DNA of 64,000 bases from Bacilli bacterium. Its GTDB lineage: Bacteria > Bacillota_I > Bacilli_A > ML615J-28 > CAG-313. Below, piece by piece: positions 19,423 through 30,762 of the stretch. The notes beneath the pieces were generated by a model. That model did not search any database. It was not told the DNA's origin and saw nothing but the letters and a program-made list of their open reading frames with translations. The position numbers and the translations under genes were made by a program. Every line of letters begins with the position of its first letter. Positions within the stretch are counted from its first letter, which is position 1. The stretch spans positions 30,463-94,462 of the forward strand of contig JAZSNL010000020.1 of NCBI GenBank assembly GCA_045536365.1. The letters are read 5' to 3'.

Positions 19423-20499
19423 ATGGTAAATAAAGGATTTTTTGAACAATTAGAAATTATTGCGGAAGCACATTTTCTTGAAGTAGAAGATGTATTAAAT
19501 ATAGTAGAAATCGCTTTAATTAAAGCATGTCAATTAGAAGGTTATAAAGGCGATATTAGTGTTGAATTTAATGAAGAACAAAAGAAAATTAGAATTTTCG
19601 AAACTCTTTATGTAGTTGATGAAGTTGATCCTGAAGGACCTAGCGGTCAAATTACTTTAGAAGAAGCTAAACAAATTAGAGTAAGAGTTAAAGTTGGTTC
19701 TGTAATTAAACGCGAAATTCCAATGAATAGTATTGGTCGTCGTGCAGCAACTCGTTTCAAATCTATTTTAAATCAAAATTTAAAAGAAGCTAGTGGTAGA
19801 AAAGCATGTGCTTATTTTGCTGAAAGACAAGGTGAAATGGTTCTTGCAACTGTAGTTAGAGTTACTGAAAAGTTCTTAATTTTAAATATTGGTATGAATA
19901 TTGAATCAGCTATGCCTATTACTGAAACTTTACCAGGTGAAGTTTATGAATCTGGTACTACTTTAAATGTATGTATTATTAAAGTTGAAGAAACAGGTAA
20001 AGGTCCTAGAGTAACTGTTTCAAGAGCTCATAAAGATATCATTAAACGTTTATTTGAAATGTATATACCTGAAGTAGCAAGTGGAATGATCGAAGTTATT
20101 GCAATTGCTAGAGATCCAGGAAGTAGAACTAAGATTGGCGTTAAGAGTAATAATCCTAATATTGATGCAAAAGGTGCTTGCGTTGGTATTGGTGGTGCAA
20201 GAATTAAACAAATTAATGCTGCTTTAAATGGCGAAAGAATTGATATTTTTGAATGGAGCGATGATCCAATTAAATTAATTGCTGAAGCATTAACTCCTGC
20301 GAAAGTTATTTCTGTTTTATTAAATGAAGAAGAACATCGTTCAGTTGTTATTGTTCCAGATCAACAATTCTCTCTTGCAATCGGTAAAGGTGGACAAAAT
20401 GCTCGTCTTGCTTCTCAAACAACTGGTTGGAAGATTGATATTAAAGATGAATCATCAGCTTATAATGAAGGAATAAGATTTAAACCAAACGTATATTAA
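19423..20499 (+). CDS. nusA: transcription termination/antitermination factor NusA
   Basis: S1 and two KH domains (GSRTKIGV...GACVGIGGARIKQI; AIGKGGQNARLASQ). Confidence 0.85.
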   Translation: MVNKGFFEQLEIIAEAHFLEVEDVLNIVEIALIKACQLEGYKGDISVEFNEEQKKIRIFETLYVVDEVDPEGPSGQITLEEAKQIRVRVKVGSVIKREIPMNSIGRRAATRFKSILNQNLKEASGRKACAYFAERQGEMVLATVVRVTEKFLILNIGMNIESAMPITETLPGEVYESGTTLNVCIIKVEETGKGPRVTVSRAHKDIIKRLFEMYIPEVASGMIEVIAIARDPGSRTKIGVKSNNPNIDAKGACVGIGGARIKQINAALNGERIDIFEWSDDPIKLIAEALTPAKVISVLLNEEEHRSVVIVPDQQFSLAIGKGGQNARLASQTTGWKIDIKDESSAYNEGIRFKPNVY

Positions 20500-20513
20500 A
20501 AGGCGGTGTTTTA

Positions 20514-20798
20514 ATGGCTCAACCAATGAAAGTTAAAAAAGTACCAATGAGAAAATGTGTTGTTACAAATGAACAACATCCTAAAGGCGAAATGTTTAGA
20601 ATAGTAAGAGATCCAGAAGGTGTTGTAATTATTGATACTACTGGAAAGGCTAAAGGACATGGTTGCTATTTAGTTAAAAATAAAAAAGTTATTTTGATGG
20701 CGCAAAAAAAGAAAACTTTAGATCGTCATTTAGAAACTCCTGTACCAGATGAAATCTACGAACAATTATTACAACTTTTAGAAGAAGAAGGAAAGTAA
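20514..20798 (+). CDS. ylxR: YlxR/RnpM (DUF448) RNA-binding protein
   Basis: PMRKCVVT...G+GCYL motif; conserved nusA-ylxR-ylxQ-infB order. Confidence 0.7.
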   Translation: MAQPMKVKKVPMRKCVVTNEQHPKGEMFRIVRDPEGVVIIDTTGKAKGHGCYLVKNKKVILMAQKKKTLDRHLETPVPDEIYEQLLQLLEEEGK

Positions 20799-20800
20799 TA

Positions 20801-21109
20801 TTGAGTAAAGTATTAAATTATTTAGGAATTGCTCGTAGAGCAGGATTCGTAGTAATGGGTACAGATGCCGTATTAGATAATTTGAAATATAAAAAGATAA
20901 AAATGATTTTTGTTGCTTCTGATTCTTCAACAGCAACAATTGAAAAAGTCGAAAAAAAAGGAATGTTTTATCATATTCCAGTAATTAAAAATTATTCTAC
21001 TGATGAACTTTCTAATTCCTTAGGTGTAGAACACATCAAAGTTATTGGAATAAAAGATCAAGGAATTACAAAGGCAATCAAAGCAGAATTAGAAAGAGGT
21101 GACTTATAA
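20801..21109 (+). CDS. ylxQ: L7Ae-family ribosomal-like protein YlxQ
   Basis: 102 aa, between ylxR and infB. Confidence 0.65.
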   Translation: MSKVLNYLGIARRAGFVVMGTDAVLDNLKYKKIKMIFVASDSSTATIEKVEKKGMFYHIPVIKNYSTDELSNSLGVEHIKVIGIKDQGITKAIKAELERGDL

Positions 21110-23670
21110 TGAAAGTCAAAGAATTAGTTCCAATTTTAAATATAAGTGCAGAAGAACTACTTGAATTATTAGAAAATGTTGACGTTGATACTTCAGCTGG
21201 TGTTGAAACTGAAGTAGGTAAGGAAATGGAAAAAACACTTGCAAAAAGATACGGTGTTCCATATCCATTTAAAACTGATAAACCTAAAGAAGATAATAAG
21301 AAAGCAGTTAAAACTGATAAAAAAGAAACTTCATCTAAATCATCAGAAAGTACTACTAAAGAACAAGGCAATGATGGTGTTGATAAAAAAGCAGCTAAAA
21401 CTGAATCTAAACAAGGTAGTAATCAAAAACAAGAAGAAAAGAACAAAAAAGAAGGTAAATCAACTCAACAACCAACTAATAAACAAAATAATAAAGAAGG
21501 TAAAGCTCAACAACCAACTAATAAACAAAATGATAATGAAGGTAAAAATCATCATTCTGCTAATAAACAAAATGAAAATGAAGGTAAAGTTCAAAAACAA
21601 GAAACTAAATCTTCACAATCAACAAACGATAATAAGGCAGATGAACCTATTCGAGTTCAAGAAGTTAAACCTTCAGTAAAAGAAGAAAAAATTGAAGCTT
21701 CTATTGATAATCCAATTGTAAGTAAATACGAAGATTACTTTGAAGAAGATGAATATAATGTAGTTCGTGAATCACGTGGTGGTAATAAGAAAAAAGGTTC
21801 TTCTGAAGAAAGTGCTAAATCTAAAAAGAAAAATAGTAATAAGAATAAAAACAATAATCGTAAAGTGGAAAAACGTGCTAGTAACGTACCTGTAGAAAAC
21901 GAAAAAAATTCAGATGAAAAAATAGTTTATTTTGAAGAAGGTATGACTGTTATGGGTCTTGCTGAAGCAATGAATATCTCTGTAACAAGTTTAGTTAAAA
22001 AACTATTTACATCAATGGGAATTATGGCATCTGCTTCACAAGCACTAGATCGTGATACAGTAGAACTTATCGCAATCGAATATGATTATGAAGTTAAAGA
22101 TAAACAAATTACAGATATGACTAGATTTGATGAAATCAATATCGAAGATAGACCAGAAGACTTAGTAAGTCGTCCAGCCGTTGTTACAATTATGGGACAC
22201 GTTGACCATGGTAAAACAACATTACTTGATACTATTAGAAACAGTCATGTAACTACAGGAGAAGCTGGTGGTATTACTCAACATATTGGTGCTTATCAAG
22301 TAGAAAAAGATGGTAAATTAATTACATTTATTGATACTCCAGGACATGCTGCGTTTACTGAAATGCGTGCTCGTGGTGCACAAATCACAGATATCGTTAT
22401 TTTAGTTGTTGCTGCAGATGATGGTGTAATGCCTCAAACAAGAGAAGCGATAGAACATGCTCAAGCAGCAAATGTTCCTATTATTGTTGCGGTAAACAAA
22501 ATGGATAAACCTGGTGCAACACCTGATCGTATTATGGAAGAATTAACTACTTATAATTTAATTCCTGAAGCTTGGGGTGGAGATACTATTTTTGTTAACA
22601 TTTCTGCATTAAAAGGAACAGGTGTTAGTGAACTATTAGAAATGGTAGTATTATTAAGTGAAATAAAAGATTATAAAGCTAATCCAAATCGTTTAGGTAT
22701 GGGTACAGTAGTTGAAGCTAAATTAGATAAAGGTAAAGGTCCTATTGCAACTTTACTTGTTCAAAACGGAACATTAAAAGTTGGAGATATTATCGTAGTA
22801 GGTAATACATATGGTAAGATTCGCGCAATGACTGATGAAACTGGTAAAGTATTAACTCAAGCAGGTCCTTCTAAACCTGTGGAAATTACTGGTCTTGCTG
22901 AAGTTCCTTTCTCTGGCGAAAAATTCATGGCTATTAACGATGAAAGAAAAGCTCGTGAAATTGCTGAAGTTAGAACTACAAATAAATTTAATGATGAAAA
23001 AGGTGTAGGTAAACCTGTTTCATTAAATGATTTATATAATGAACAAGCTGAAGAAGGATTAAAAAATTTAAATTTAATTATTAAATGTGATGTTCAAGGA
23101 TCTATTGAAGCAATTAAATCATTATTAAATAAAATTGAAATTGAAGGTACAAAAATTAATGTAATCAGTGCCCGTGTAGGTGGTATTAATACAAATGACG
23201 TTAGTCTTGCAATTGCATCTAAAGCAATTATTATTGGATTTAATATTCGTCCAACAGCTCAAATTTCTGATTATGCAAAAGAAATGGGTGTAGAAATAAG
23301 ATTATATAACATCATTTATAAACTACAAGAAGACATTGAAAAAGCTGTTAAAGGTATGTTAGATCCTGTATTAGAAGAACATATTTCTGGTCAAGCTGAA
23401 GTTAGACAAACATATAAAGTATCTAAGATTGGTATGATCGCAGGATCATATGTAACAACAGGTTCAATTGTTCGTTCAGGTGGTGCTAGAATTATAAGAG
23501 ATAGTATTGTTATTTATACAGGTAAAATTTCAAGCTTAAAACGTTTTAAAGATGATGTAAAAGAAGTTAAAGCTGGATTTGAATGTGGTATTACAATTGA
23601 AAATTATAACGATATTAAAGTAGGCGATATTATCGAATGCTTCGTTATGGAAGAAGTAGAAAGAGATTAA
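21109..23670 (+). CDS. infB: translation initiation factor IF-2
   Basis: GTP-binding G1 [21 protein letters not shown]; 853 aa with low-complexity K/E/Q-rich N-terminus. Confidence 0.9.
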   Translation: MKVKELVPILNISAEELLELLENVDVDTSAGVETEVGKEMEKTLAKRYGVPYPFKTDKPKEDNKKAVKTDKKETSSKSSESTTKEQGNDGVDKKAAKTESKQGSNQKQEEKNKKEGKSTQQPTNKQNNKEGKAQQPTNKQNDNEGKNHHSANKQNENEGKVQKQETKSSQSTNDNKADEPIRVQEVKPSVKEEKIEASIDNPIVSKYEDYFEEDEYNVVRESRGGNKKKGSSEESAKSKKKNSNKNKNNNRKVEKRASNVPVENEKNSDEKIVYFEEGMTVMGLAEAMNISVTSLVKKLFTSMGIMASASQALDRDTVELIAIEYDYEVKDKQITDMTRFDEINIEDRPEDLVSRPAVVTIMGHVDHGKTTLLDTIRNSHVTTGEAGGITQHIGAYQVEKDGKLITFIDTPGHAAFTEMRARGAQITDIVILVVAADDGVMPQTREAIEHAQAANVPIIVAVNKMDKPGATPDRIMEELTTYNLIPEAWGGDTIFVNISALKGTGVSELLEMVVLLSEIKDYKANPNRLGMGTVVEAKLDKGKGPIATLLVQNGTLKVGDIIVVGNTYGKIRAMTDETGKVLTQAGPSKPVEITGLAEVPFSGEKFMAINDERKAREIAEVRTTNKFNDEKGVGKPVSLNDLYNEQAEEGLKNLNLIIKCDVQGSIEAIKSLLNKIEIEGTKINVISARVGGINTNDVSLAIASKAIIIGFNIRPTAQISDYAKEMGVEIRLYNIIYKLQEDIEKAVKGMLDPVLEEHISGQAEVRQTYKVSKIGMIAGSYVTTGSIVRSGGARIIRDSIVIYTGKISSLKRFKDDVKEVKAGFECGITIENYNDIKVGDIIECFVMEEVERD
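21451..21600 (+). repeat. ~45-nt tandem repeat x~3 within infB N-terminal coding region
   Basis: GAAGGTAAA.C.CAACAACCAACTAATAAACAAAAT.ATAA units encode [12 protein letters not shown] repeats. Confidence 0.6.
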
Positions 23671-23671
23671 T

Positions 23672-24010
23672 ATGGGACATCGTATTGAAAGAATCGAAAG
23701 TATTATTCTTAAAGAATTAACATTTGTTTTACGTGAATCACGTAACCCTAAATTTCAATTTATCTCAATAACAAAAGTATCAATAACTTCAGATTTATCA
23801 TACGCAACAGTATGGTATACAATAATGGGTACTACTCAAGAAATCGAAGCTACAACAAAGGAACTTATTTCAGCAAGAGGTTACTTAAGAAGTGAACTAG
23901 CTGGAAGAATAGATTTAAGAAAAACACCTGAATTAAGATTTAAATATGATGAATCTTTAGAAAAAGGAAATAGAATCGAAGAAATATTAAGACAAAGTAA
24001 GGAGAATTAA
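23672..24010 (+). CDS. rbfA: ribosome-binding factor A
   Basis: 112 aa directly after infB; RVxSxIxKEL N-terminus. Confidence 0.75.
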   Translation: MGHRIERIESIILKELTFVLRESRNPKFQFISITKVSITSDLSYATVWYTIMGTTQEIEATTKELISARGYLRSELAGRIDLRKTPELRFKYDESLEKGNRIEEILRQSKEN

Positions 24011-24012
24011 TA

Positions 24013-24273
24013 ATGAAATTCATTAAATTAACTACAAAAGAAGGAACAAAAATATCAATTAACGCTGATAGAGTTTTATATTTTGAACAACTTGAAAGTG
24101 AAACAATCGTTCACTTTTCTAACGCAACAGTTTCAGTAACTGAAAAAGCAGAAGATATTATTTCAGTTTTCAAACAAGTAGAAGTTGAAACAAAAGAAAA
24201 TGATGGAGAATTTACAAAAAATAATCAACCAACTCCTGAGGCTAACCCATTCCGTAAATATAAAGCTGAATAA
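24013..24273 (+). CDS. small hypothetical protein
   Basis: 86 aa, translationally coupled to rbfA; no family recognised. Confidence 0.35.
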   Translation: MKFIKLTTKEGTKISINADRVLYFEQLESETIVHFSNATVSVTEKAEDIISVFKQVEVETKENDGEFTKNNQPTPEANPFRKYKAE

Positions 24274-24276
24274 TTA

Positions 24277-24312
24277 AAAGCTGTCAAGAGTCTTTGACAG
24301 CTTTCTTTTCTA
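24277..24312 (+). terminator. Rho-independent terminator
   Basis: AAAGCTGTCAA-GAGTCT-TTGACAGCTTT then T-rich. Confidence 0.75.
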
Positions 24313-24325
24313 TAAGAGGTGCATT

Positions 24326-26134
24326 ATGGATCAAAATACACTTGAATACATAAAAACAAAATTAACATTAGTACCAAAACTTCCAGGTTGTTATCAAATG
24401 TTTGACAAACATAAAGAAATAATTTATGTTGGTAAAGCTAAAATACTACATAACCGATTACGTAGTTATTTCTCTGGAACCCATGACGCAAAAACAACAA
24501 GAATGTTAATGGACGTAGTTGACTTTGAATATATTATAACTAAAACAGAAACAGAAGCTTTTTTATTAGAATGTAATTATATTAAAGAATATCGACCTAA
24601 ATATAATATTCTATTAATGGATGATAAATCATATCCGTATATATGTTTAACAAATGAAACACACCCACGTTTACTAATGGTACGAGATGTTAGAAAAATG
24701 AAAAAAAAGGAACAAAAACTATTTGGTCCCTTTCCTAACGCAACATCTTGTAGATCAACAGTAGAAGTATTGAATAAAATATATCCTTTTAGAAAATGTA
24801 AAACAATTCCTAAAAAATCATGTTTATATTATGATATTAAACAATGCTTAGCCCCTTGTATAAATAATATTACAAAAGAAGACTATGAACAATTTATTTC
24901 CAGTGTCATTAAATTCTTAAATGGCAATAATGATGAATTATTAAAAGACTTAAAACAAAAAATGTTTGCGGCATCAGAAGAAATGGATTATGAAAAAGCA
25001 TTAGAATACCGTGATATAATTAATAGTATTGAAAACCTTCAATCTGAACAAAAAATGACATTAACAGATGGTATCAATCGTGATATCTTTGGTTATTATG
25101 AAAAAAATGGTATTATCGCAATCCAAGTACTTCATATGAGAGAAGGAAAAGTCATTGAAAGAACAGGAGAAGTATTCGATATCTATGATGATATAAATGA
25201 TGTTTTACAATATTATATTTATCATTTTTATGATAATAATACATTACCAAAAGAAATATTAATACCTTATTTTGAAGGATATAAAATACTAGAAGAAATA
25301 CTACCAACTAAAATTATAATGCCAATTAAAGGGACTAAAAAACAATTAGTAGATCTAGTATGTGAAAACGCCAAAAACAACTTAGACAATCTACAAAAAC
25401 TAAGACTAATTAAATTATCAAAAACAAAAGAACCTTTAATTGAATTATCTGAAATATTAAATATCAATTACCCTCGAGTAATTGAATTATTCGATAATTC
25501 CAATATTCAAGGCGCAAGTGCAGTTTCTGGTATGGTAGTATATATTGATGGTGTTCCTTCTCGTAAGGATTATCGTAAATACAAAATAAAAACAGTTAAG
25601 GGTGCAGACGATTATCATACAATGCAGGAAGTAATACAACGTAGATATTCACGAGTATTAAAAGATAATCTTCGTAAGCCTAATTTAATAATAGTCGATG
25701 GTGGAAAAACACAAGTTAATGCGGCTATGATAATATTAGATAAACTATCAATAACAGATATTGATTTAATTGGCTTATTAAAAGATGATAATCATAAAAC
25801 AAGAGGAATCATTAAATATAATAAAGAAACTAATACATATGATGAATATATATTAGATAAAAAAACAAACCTATATCTTCTTTTAGAAGCTATGCAAGAT
25901 GAAGTTCATCGATATGCAATTACATTCTTTAAACAAACACATGGTAAAAATACAATTACATCAAGTTTAGATAATATTCCAGGATTAGGAAAACAAAGAA
26001 AGAAAAAACTTTTAGAAAATTTTGATACAATTGAAGATATTAAAAACGCTTCGATAGAAAAATTAAAATCACTTGGAATCCCTGAAAAACTTGCGGTAAC
26101 AATAAAAGAAACATTAAAGAATCGTGACAATTAA
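24326..26134 (+). CDS. uvrC: excinuclease ABC subunit C
   Basis: N-terminal GIY-YIG (GCYQMFD...IIYVGKAKIL..R..SYF), C-terminal HhH (IPGLGKQRKKKLLENF); 602 aa. Confidence 0.8.
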   Translation: MDQNTLEYIKTKLTLVPKLPGCYQMFDKHKEIIYVGKAKILHNRLRSYFSGTHDAKTTRMLMDVVDFEYIITKTETEAFLLECNYIKEYRPKYNILLMDDKSYPYICLTNETHPRLLMVRDVRKMKKKEQKLFGPFPNATSCRSTVEVLNKIYPFRKCKTIPKKSCLYYDIKQCLAPCINNITKEDYEQFISSVIKFLNGNNDELLKDLKQKMFAASEEMDYEKALEYRDIINSIENLQSEQKMTLTDGINRDIFGYYEKNGIIAIQVLHMREGKVIERTGEVFDIYDDINDVLQYYIYHFYDNNTLPKEILIPYFEGYKILEEILPTKIIMPIKGTKKQLVDLVCENAKNNLDNLQKLRLIKLSKTKEPLIELSEILNINYPRVIELFDNSNIQGASAVSGMVVYIDGVPSRKDYRKYKIKTVKGADDYHTMQEVIQRRYSRVLKDNLRKPNLIIVDGGKTQVNAAMIILDKLSITDIDLIGLLKDDNHKTRGIIKYNKETNTYDEYILDKKTNLYLLLEAMQDEVHRYAITFFKQTHGKNTITSSLDNIPGLGKQRKKKLLENFDTIEDIKNASIEKLKSLGIPEKLAVTIKETLKNRDN

Positions 26135-26176
26135 ATCATTCCCCGCATATTATAAAAATGAATATGGAGGGGAATA

Positions 26177-26389
26177 ATGGCAAAAAAGAAGTTTTTAACA
26201 AATCGAGAACAAGAAATTTTTGAATTATTAGTTAAGAAATATGATACTGATAAAATAGCAGATAAACTAAAAATTAGTAGTAAAACAGTTAGAAATCACA
26301 TTTCTAACGTTATTCAAAAATTAGGAGTAAAAGGTAGAAGTCAAGCTATCTTAGAACTAATAAAAATGAACGAAATAACATTAAAGTAA
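26177..26389 (+). CDS. gerE: LuxR/GerE-family sporulation transcription factor
   Basis: 70 aa; TVRNHISNVIQKLGVKGRSQAILELIKM closely resembles B. subtilis GerE. Confidence 0.65.
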   Translation: MAKKKFLTNREQEIFELLVKKYDTDKIADKLKISSKTVRNHISNVIQKLGVKGRSQAILELIKMNEITLK

Positions 26390-26402
26390 GGTGTGGTGAA
26401 AT

Positions 26403-27275
26403 ATGCGCCAAGTATATGGAAGAATACGAGCTTATCATGAAAAAGAACGAGTATTTGAAATAAAAGTAAAAAATAAAATTGAATATTTTTACATAACAAG
26501 AAGTCACCAAAAGAAATTTAGTATATATCTACAAGAAGGTTTATACGTCGTATTAAACCATAAAGAAATTAAATTCAGAAGAAATAAATTTCTTGCATAC
26601 GAAGTAGTAAACTTTGAAAAAATAATAAGAAGAACACCAAGACAAATAATGGTATATTATGATATATATGCAATTAAAAATGGTGTTGAAAAAGTCTTAA
26701 ATAAAGATGGATACAGAATGTTCTTGGATATGGAATTTAGTATGCCTCCATATAGTCATCAACATGGTGAACCATTTAAAGCTGAAATTATTCAATATGG
26801 TATATATTTAGAATCATCAGATGGAGCTTTTGTCAAAACAGCTGAATCGCTTGTTAAACCTATGTATCAAGATGGATTAAATGATCGTACATTTGATTTC
26901 TTAGGATTATCATTAAAAGACTTTAAACATGCACAAACTCCAAGACAATTCTATAATACACTTGCTGATATAATAATGATGTATCAACCTACTATCTTTG
27001 TATGGGGTAGAAATGATATATTAATGTTAAATAGTTTTTATGAACAACATAAATTTAAACCTATTACAACAAGACAAAATTTTGTTAATCTAATGCAAGT
27101 TATCAAAAACTATTATGGAATTAAATCAGATATCGGATTATATTCAGCTTATGAAATGTTTAATTCAACTCCGCCTATGGAACAAGATCATAATGCTTTA
27201 AATGATGCACTTGCTACATCTGAAATATATCGTTTATTTAAAAAGAGAATAAAAGTAGAAAAAAAGACACATTAA
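26403..27275 (+). CDS. DEDDh 3'-5' exonuclease domain protein (KapD-like)
   Basis: FLDMEFS (Exo I), HNALNDALATSEIY (Exo III). Confidence 0.55.
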   Translation: MRQVYGRIRAYHEKERVFEIKVKNKIEYFYITRSHQKKFSIYLQEGLYVVLNHKEIKFRRNKFLAYEVVNFEKIIRRTPRQIMVYYDIYAIKNGVEKVLNKDGYRMFLDMEFSMPPYSHQHGEPFKAEIIQYGIYLESSDGAFVKTAESLVKPMYQDGLNDRTFDFLGLSLKDFKHAQTPRQFYNTLADIIMMYQPTIFVWGRNDILMLNSFYEQHKFKPITTRQNFVNLMQVIKNYYGIKSDIGLYSAYEMFNSTPPMEQDHNALNDALATSEIYRLFKKRIKVEKKTH

Positions 27276-27290
27276 GTGTCTTTTTTATTT
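27262..27290. terminator. bidirectional terminator
   Basis: AAAAAGACAC-ATTAA-GTGTCTTTTTT between convergent genes. Confidence 0.65.
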
Positions 27291-28064
27291 TAATACATAT
27301 TTAATTATTGCGTTATATAATCCATCTTCATTAATATGATTAGTTACATAAGTAGCATTTTCTTTTGCGTAGTCACAACCATTTCCCATCGCAATAGAAC
27401 ATTTTACTTCTTTAAACATTGATACATCATTTTCTCCATCACCAAAGGCAAATGTATTATTATAATCATAATTCATTAATTCAATTAGTTTTTTAATTCC
27501 ATCACCTTTACCGTTATTTGCCATAATAACATCAGCTCCGTATTTACCCCATTTTAATAATGATAATTCAGGAAAATCTTTTTTGATATCATCTAATAAA
27601 ATGTTATCAACAAATAACCAAAATTGAGTAATATGACTATAATCATCTATTTCATTGAATTCTTTATAATCTGATTTACAATATGACAAAAAATTATTTT
27701 TTGCTTTTTCATCATAAAAGTTTAAAAACAATTCTGAAGGAGTAATCATACCTAGAGAATATAAATTATCACTACAATATTTAATGAACTTTTTAACCAA
27801 TTCTTCAGATATAAAATTATTATGAATATTTTTATTGTCTACATAAAGAGATTGTCCGTTCGATAATACAAGACCAGTAAAGTATTTACATATATCTTTT
27901 ACTTCATTAAGAGTACAAAATCCTCTTCCGGTAGATATATACATATCAACATTTTCATTTTGAGATAATTCTTCTAAAATGTTTTTTGTTTTTTCTGGAA
28001 GTCCTGTTTTTCCACTTATTAAGGTTCCATCTATATCAAAAAATAATACTTTTTTATTCTTCAT
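27285..28064 (-). CDS. Cof-type HAD-IIB phosphatase
   Basis: FFDIDGTL motif I, GDGENDVSM motif IV. Confidence 0.7.
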   Translation of the reverse strand: MKNKKVLFFDIDGTLISGKTGLPEKTKNILEELSQNENVDMYISTGRGFCTLNEVKDICKYFTGLVLSNGQSLYVDNKNIHNNFISEELVKKFIKYCSDNLYSLGMITPSELFLNFYDEKAKNNFLSYCKSDYKEFNEIDDYSHITQFWLFVDNILLDDIKKDFPELSLLKWGKYGADVIMANNGKGDGIKKLIELMNYDYNNTFAFGDGENDVSMFKEVKCSIAMGNGCDYAKENATYVTNHINEDGLYNAIIKYVLK

Positions 28065-28217
28065 ATTAATACCTCATTTAAACTATATATATTATAATCT
28101 TTTTTTAAAAAATAAAAAAGGATAATTATAAAAAAATTCATTTAAAGACTTTTAAAAATATCAAAAATATAGTATAATATAATTAATGTAAAAATATTAA
28201 TAGAAAGGAGGTTGAAT

Positions 28218-29912
28218 ATGCCTAAGTATAAGAAGTTCAAACATAAGAATGAAGAAAATGATATAAAAGTCTTTTCTTTAGGTGGTCTTGGTGTTGTAGG
28301 TATGAATATGTATGTTATCGAGTGTGGTAATGAAATAATGGTAATGGATGCTGGTATTTTATTTGCAGATGATGAAGTATTAGGTGTTGATTATATTATT
28401 CCTGATTTTACCTATTTAAAAGAAAACCAAGATAAAATTGTTGGTCTATTTATTACTCACGGACATGAAGATCATATTGGAGCTTTACCTTTTTTACTTG
28501 AATCTGTTTCTATCCCCGCAATATACGCATGTGGCCTTGCGGTAGGGTTAATTAGAAATAAAATGATGGAGTATCCAGATATTAATTATAATCTTCAGTT
28601 ATATAATGCAGATAGTGAATTTAAATTTAAAAATTTTGAAATTTCTTTCTTTAGAACAAATCATAGTATTCCTGATTCATTTGGTATTGCTGTAAAAACT
28701 CGATTAGGTTATATTGTTAACACAGGTGACTTTAAATTCGATTTTACACCTTTAGGTCCTAAGTCTGAATATCATAAAATGACTAAATTAGGTCATGAAG
28801 GAGTTTTATGTTTATTATCAGAAAGTACAAATGCGGATATTCCTCAATTTTCACCAAGTGAAAGAAAAATATCAGAAACATTTAAACAATTATTTAATCG
28901 TATTGAAGGTAGAATTATAGTCGCAACTTTTGCATCAAATGTATACCGTGTTCAACAAATAATTGAAGCTTCTGTCGCAAGCGGAAGAAAAGTTGTTGTA
29001 TTTGGACATAGTATGGAAAAAACTATTGAAGTCGCAACAAGATTAAAATATATTGATGTTCCTAAAGGAACAATTCTTAATTCTCGAGAATTTAAAAAAC
29101 AAGTTGAAACGAATCATATTACTATTTTATGTACAGGTTCACAAGGTGAACCTATGGCCGCATTATCAAGAATTGCTAATGGAACACATAAACAAATAAA
29201 ATTATTACCTAATGATACAGTTATTTATTCATCAAAACCAATACCAGGGAATGAACAATTTATTAATCGAAATATAAATAAACTTATTCATGCTGGAGCA
29301 CATGTAATAAAAAATTCTACTTTAACAGATACACATACAACAGGCCATGCTTCACAAGATGAATTGAGATTAATGTTATCTTTTATGCAACCTAAATATT
29401 TTGTTCCTATTCATGGAGAACCGTCAATGTTGAAGGATCATAAAGATATCGCAGTAGGATTAGGAATTCCTTCTGAAAATTGTTTCATTTTAGAATCTGG
29501 AGATGTATTAAGATTTAATAAAAAAGGAGTTAAAGTTGTTAAAAATGGAGTTCCTGCTAATGATGTATATTTAGATTCAGAATTAAATATTGTAGAATCT
29601 AATATTTTAAAAGATCGTCAAATTTTATCAGATGATGGTGTAATTAGTATGTTATGTTTAATTAACAAAAATAAAAAACAAGTTTCTAATTTATCTATTG
29701 AAACAAAAGGTTTTATTGATACAGCTACATCTAATGAAATAGAGGAGTTAATTAAATCTAAAGCAATTGAATTTTTAAATGAAAGTATTAGTAATACTAA
29801 AATATTAAATACTGAAAAAATAAGAAAAAATATAATTATTCTTTTGAATAATTATATATATCAAAAAATAGGAAGAAGACCATTAATAGTTGCGGTAATA
29901 AGAGTAAAATAA
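28218..29912 (+). CDS. rnj: ribonuclease J
   Basis: Metallo-beta-lactamase HGHEDHIG, beta-CASP and C-terminal domain; ATG 28218 7 nt after AGGAGG (ORF-track TTG 28212). Confidence 0.85.
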   Translation: MPKYKKFKHKNEENDIKVFSLGGLGVVGMNMYVIECGNEIMVMDAGILFADDEVLGVDYIIPDFTYLKENQDKIVGLFITHGHEDHIGALPFLLESVSIPAIYACGLAVGLIRNKMMEYPDINYNLQLYNADSEFKFKNFEISFFRTNHSIPDSFGIAVKTRLGYIVNTGDFKFDFTPLGPKSEYHKMTKLGHEGVLCLLSESTNADIPQFSPSERKISETFKQLFNRIEGRIIVATFASNVYRVQQIIEASVASGRKVVVFGHSMEKTIEVATRLKYIDVPKGTILNSREFKKQVETNHITILCTGSQGEPMAALSRIANGTHKQIKLLPNDTVIYSSKPIPGNEQFINRNINKLIHAGAHVIKNSTLTDTHTTGHASQDELRLMLSFMQPKYFVPIHGEPSMLKDHKDIAVGLGIPSENCFILESGDVLRFNKKGVKVVKNGVPANDVYLDSELNIVESNILKDRQILSDDGVISMLCLINKNKKQVSNLSIETKGFIDTATSNEIEELIKSKAIEFLNESISNTKILNTEKIRKNIIILLNNYIYQKIGRRPLIVAVIRVK

Positions 29913-29938
29913 AAGCAGGTTTAAAACCTGCTTTTTAT
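29911..29938. terminator. bidirectional Rho-independent terminator
   Basis: AAAGCAGGTTTAAAACCTGCTTT. Confidence 0.75.
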
Positions 29939-30528
29939 TCATCACCAAATTTAATTGGAGTAGAATTTTCTGGAATATAAAAAGGATCTTCTTTATTAAT
30001 ACGATCAACAAATAAAGTACCTTTTAAATGATCAAATTCATGTTGGAATACAACAGCCATATATCCTTCTAACTTAATAACTTGATTTGTCAATAACCCA
30101 GTTTCTGGATCATATACATCAGCTCTAAAAGTTACACGTTTAGGTCGGTGTATTAAACCTCTTGCTTCACGATCAACACTTAAACACCCTTCTCCTCCTG
30201 GTAGATATGTTAATTCACTTGAATAACTTAATAATACTGGATTTACTAAAGGATAAAAATGTTCATTATCATGTTCATCAAAAGCATAAATAACTATCAT
30301 TTTCTTTAAAATACCTATTTGTGGTGCTGCTAACCCTACAGCAGGTCGAAGATTATATTTTTTTCCTATTTCTTCATCTATAGAATTAAAGATATAATCA
30401 ATCATTAAATTTAAAGTATTTTCATCTTCTTCAGATAAAGGTAATTCAACAGGTAATGATTTTTGTTTTAATATTGGGTTTCCTTCTCTGATTATGTCTT
30501 TCATTAATATCATTTTTTGTTCTTTCAT
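29935..30528 (-). CDS. def: peptide deformylase
   Basis: GLAAPQIG, EGCLS, HEFDHL motifs. Confidence 0.85.
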   Translation of the reverse strand: MKEQKMILMKDIIREGNPILKQKSLPVELPLSEEDENTLNLMIDYIFNSIDEEIGKKYNLRPAVGLAAPQIGILKKMIVIYAFDEHDNEHFYPLVNPVLLSYSSELTYLPGGEGCLSVDREARGLIHRPKRVTFRADVYDPETGLLTNQVIKLEGYMAVVFQHEFDHLKGTLFVDRINKEDPFYIPENSTPIKFGDE

Positions 30529-30588
30529 ATTATATACCTCGATATATATATTATATCTTTTTAATAACTTTTATTCAAGTGATAAACT

Positions 30589-30620
30589 AAAGAAAAAAGG
30601 GAAGTAACTTCCCTTATTCT
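30589..30620 (-). terminator. Rho-independent terminator of the small minus-strand gene
   Basis: minus-strand reading: GGGAAGTTACTTCCC hairpin followed by TTTTTT. Confidence 0.6.
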
Positions 30621-30621
30621 T

Positions 30622-30762
30622 TTACCATCTAGCTGTACCGATGATAACTAATAAAATAAATAAAACAAGAATTAATGCGTAGCCGTAACCTCCGAAGTTA
30701 CTACCACAACAACCAGTGTTAACAGGTTGACAACAGTTATATCCATAATTAGGTTGATACAT
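30622..30762 (-). CDS. YjcZ-family small sporulation protein (46 aa; not in ORF track)
   Basis: MYQPNYGYNCCQPVNTGCCGSNFGGYGYALILVLFILLVIIGTARW: Gly/Tyr/Cys-rich head plus single TM tail typical of YjcZ family; AAGGAGGT RBS upstream. Confidence 0.55.
   Translation of the reverse strand: MYQPNYGYNCCQPVNTGCCGSNFGGYGYALILVLFILLVIIGTARW

Noticed and set aside
21239-21679. 146-aa Lys-rich ORF overlapping infB in another frame
   Set aside because: Lies entirely inside the well-supported IF-2 gene within its tandem-repeat region; composition artefact of AT-rich repeats.
25267-26130. Minus ORFs inside uvrC
   Set aside because: Antisense to uvrC.
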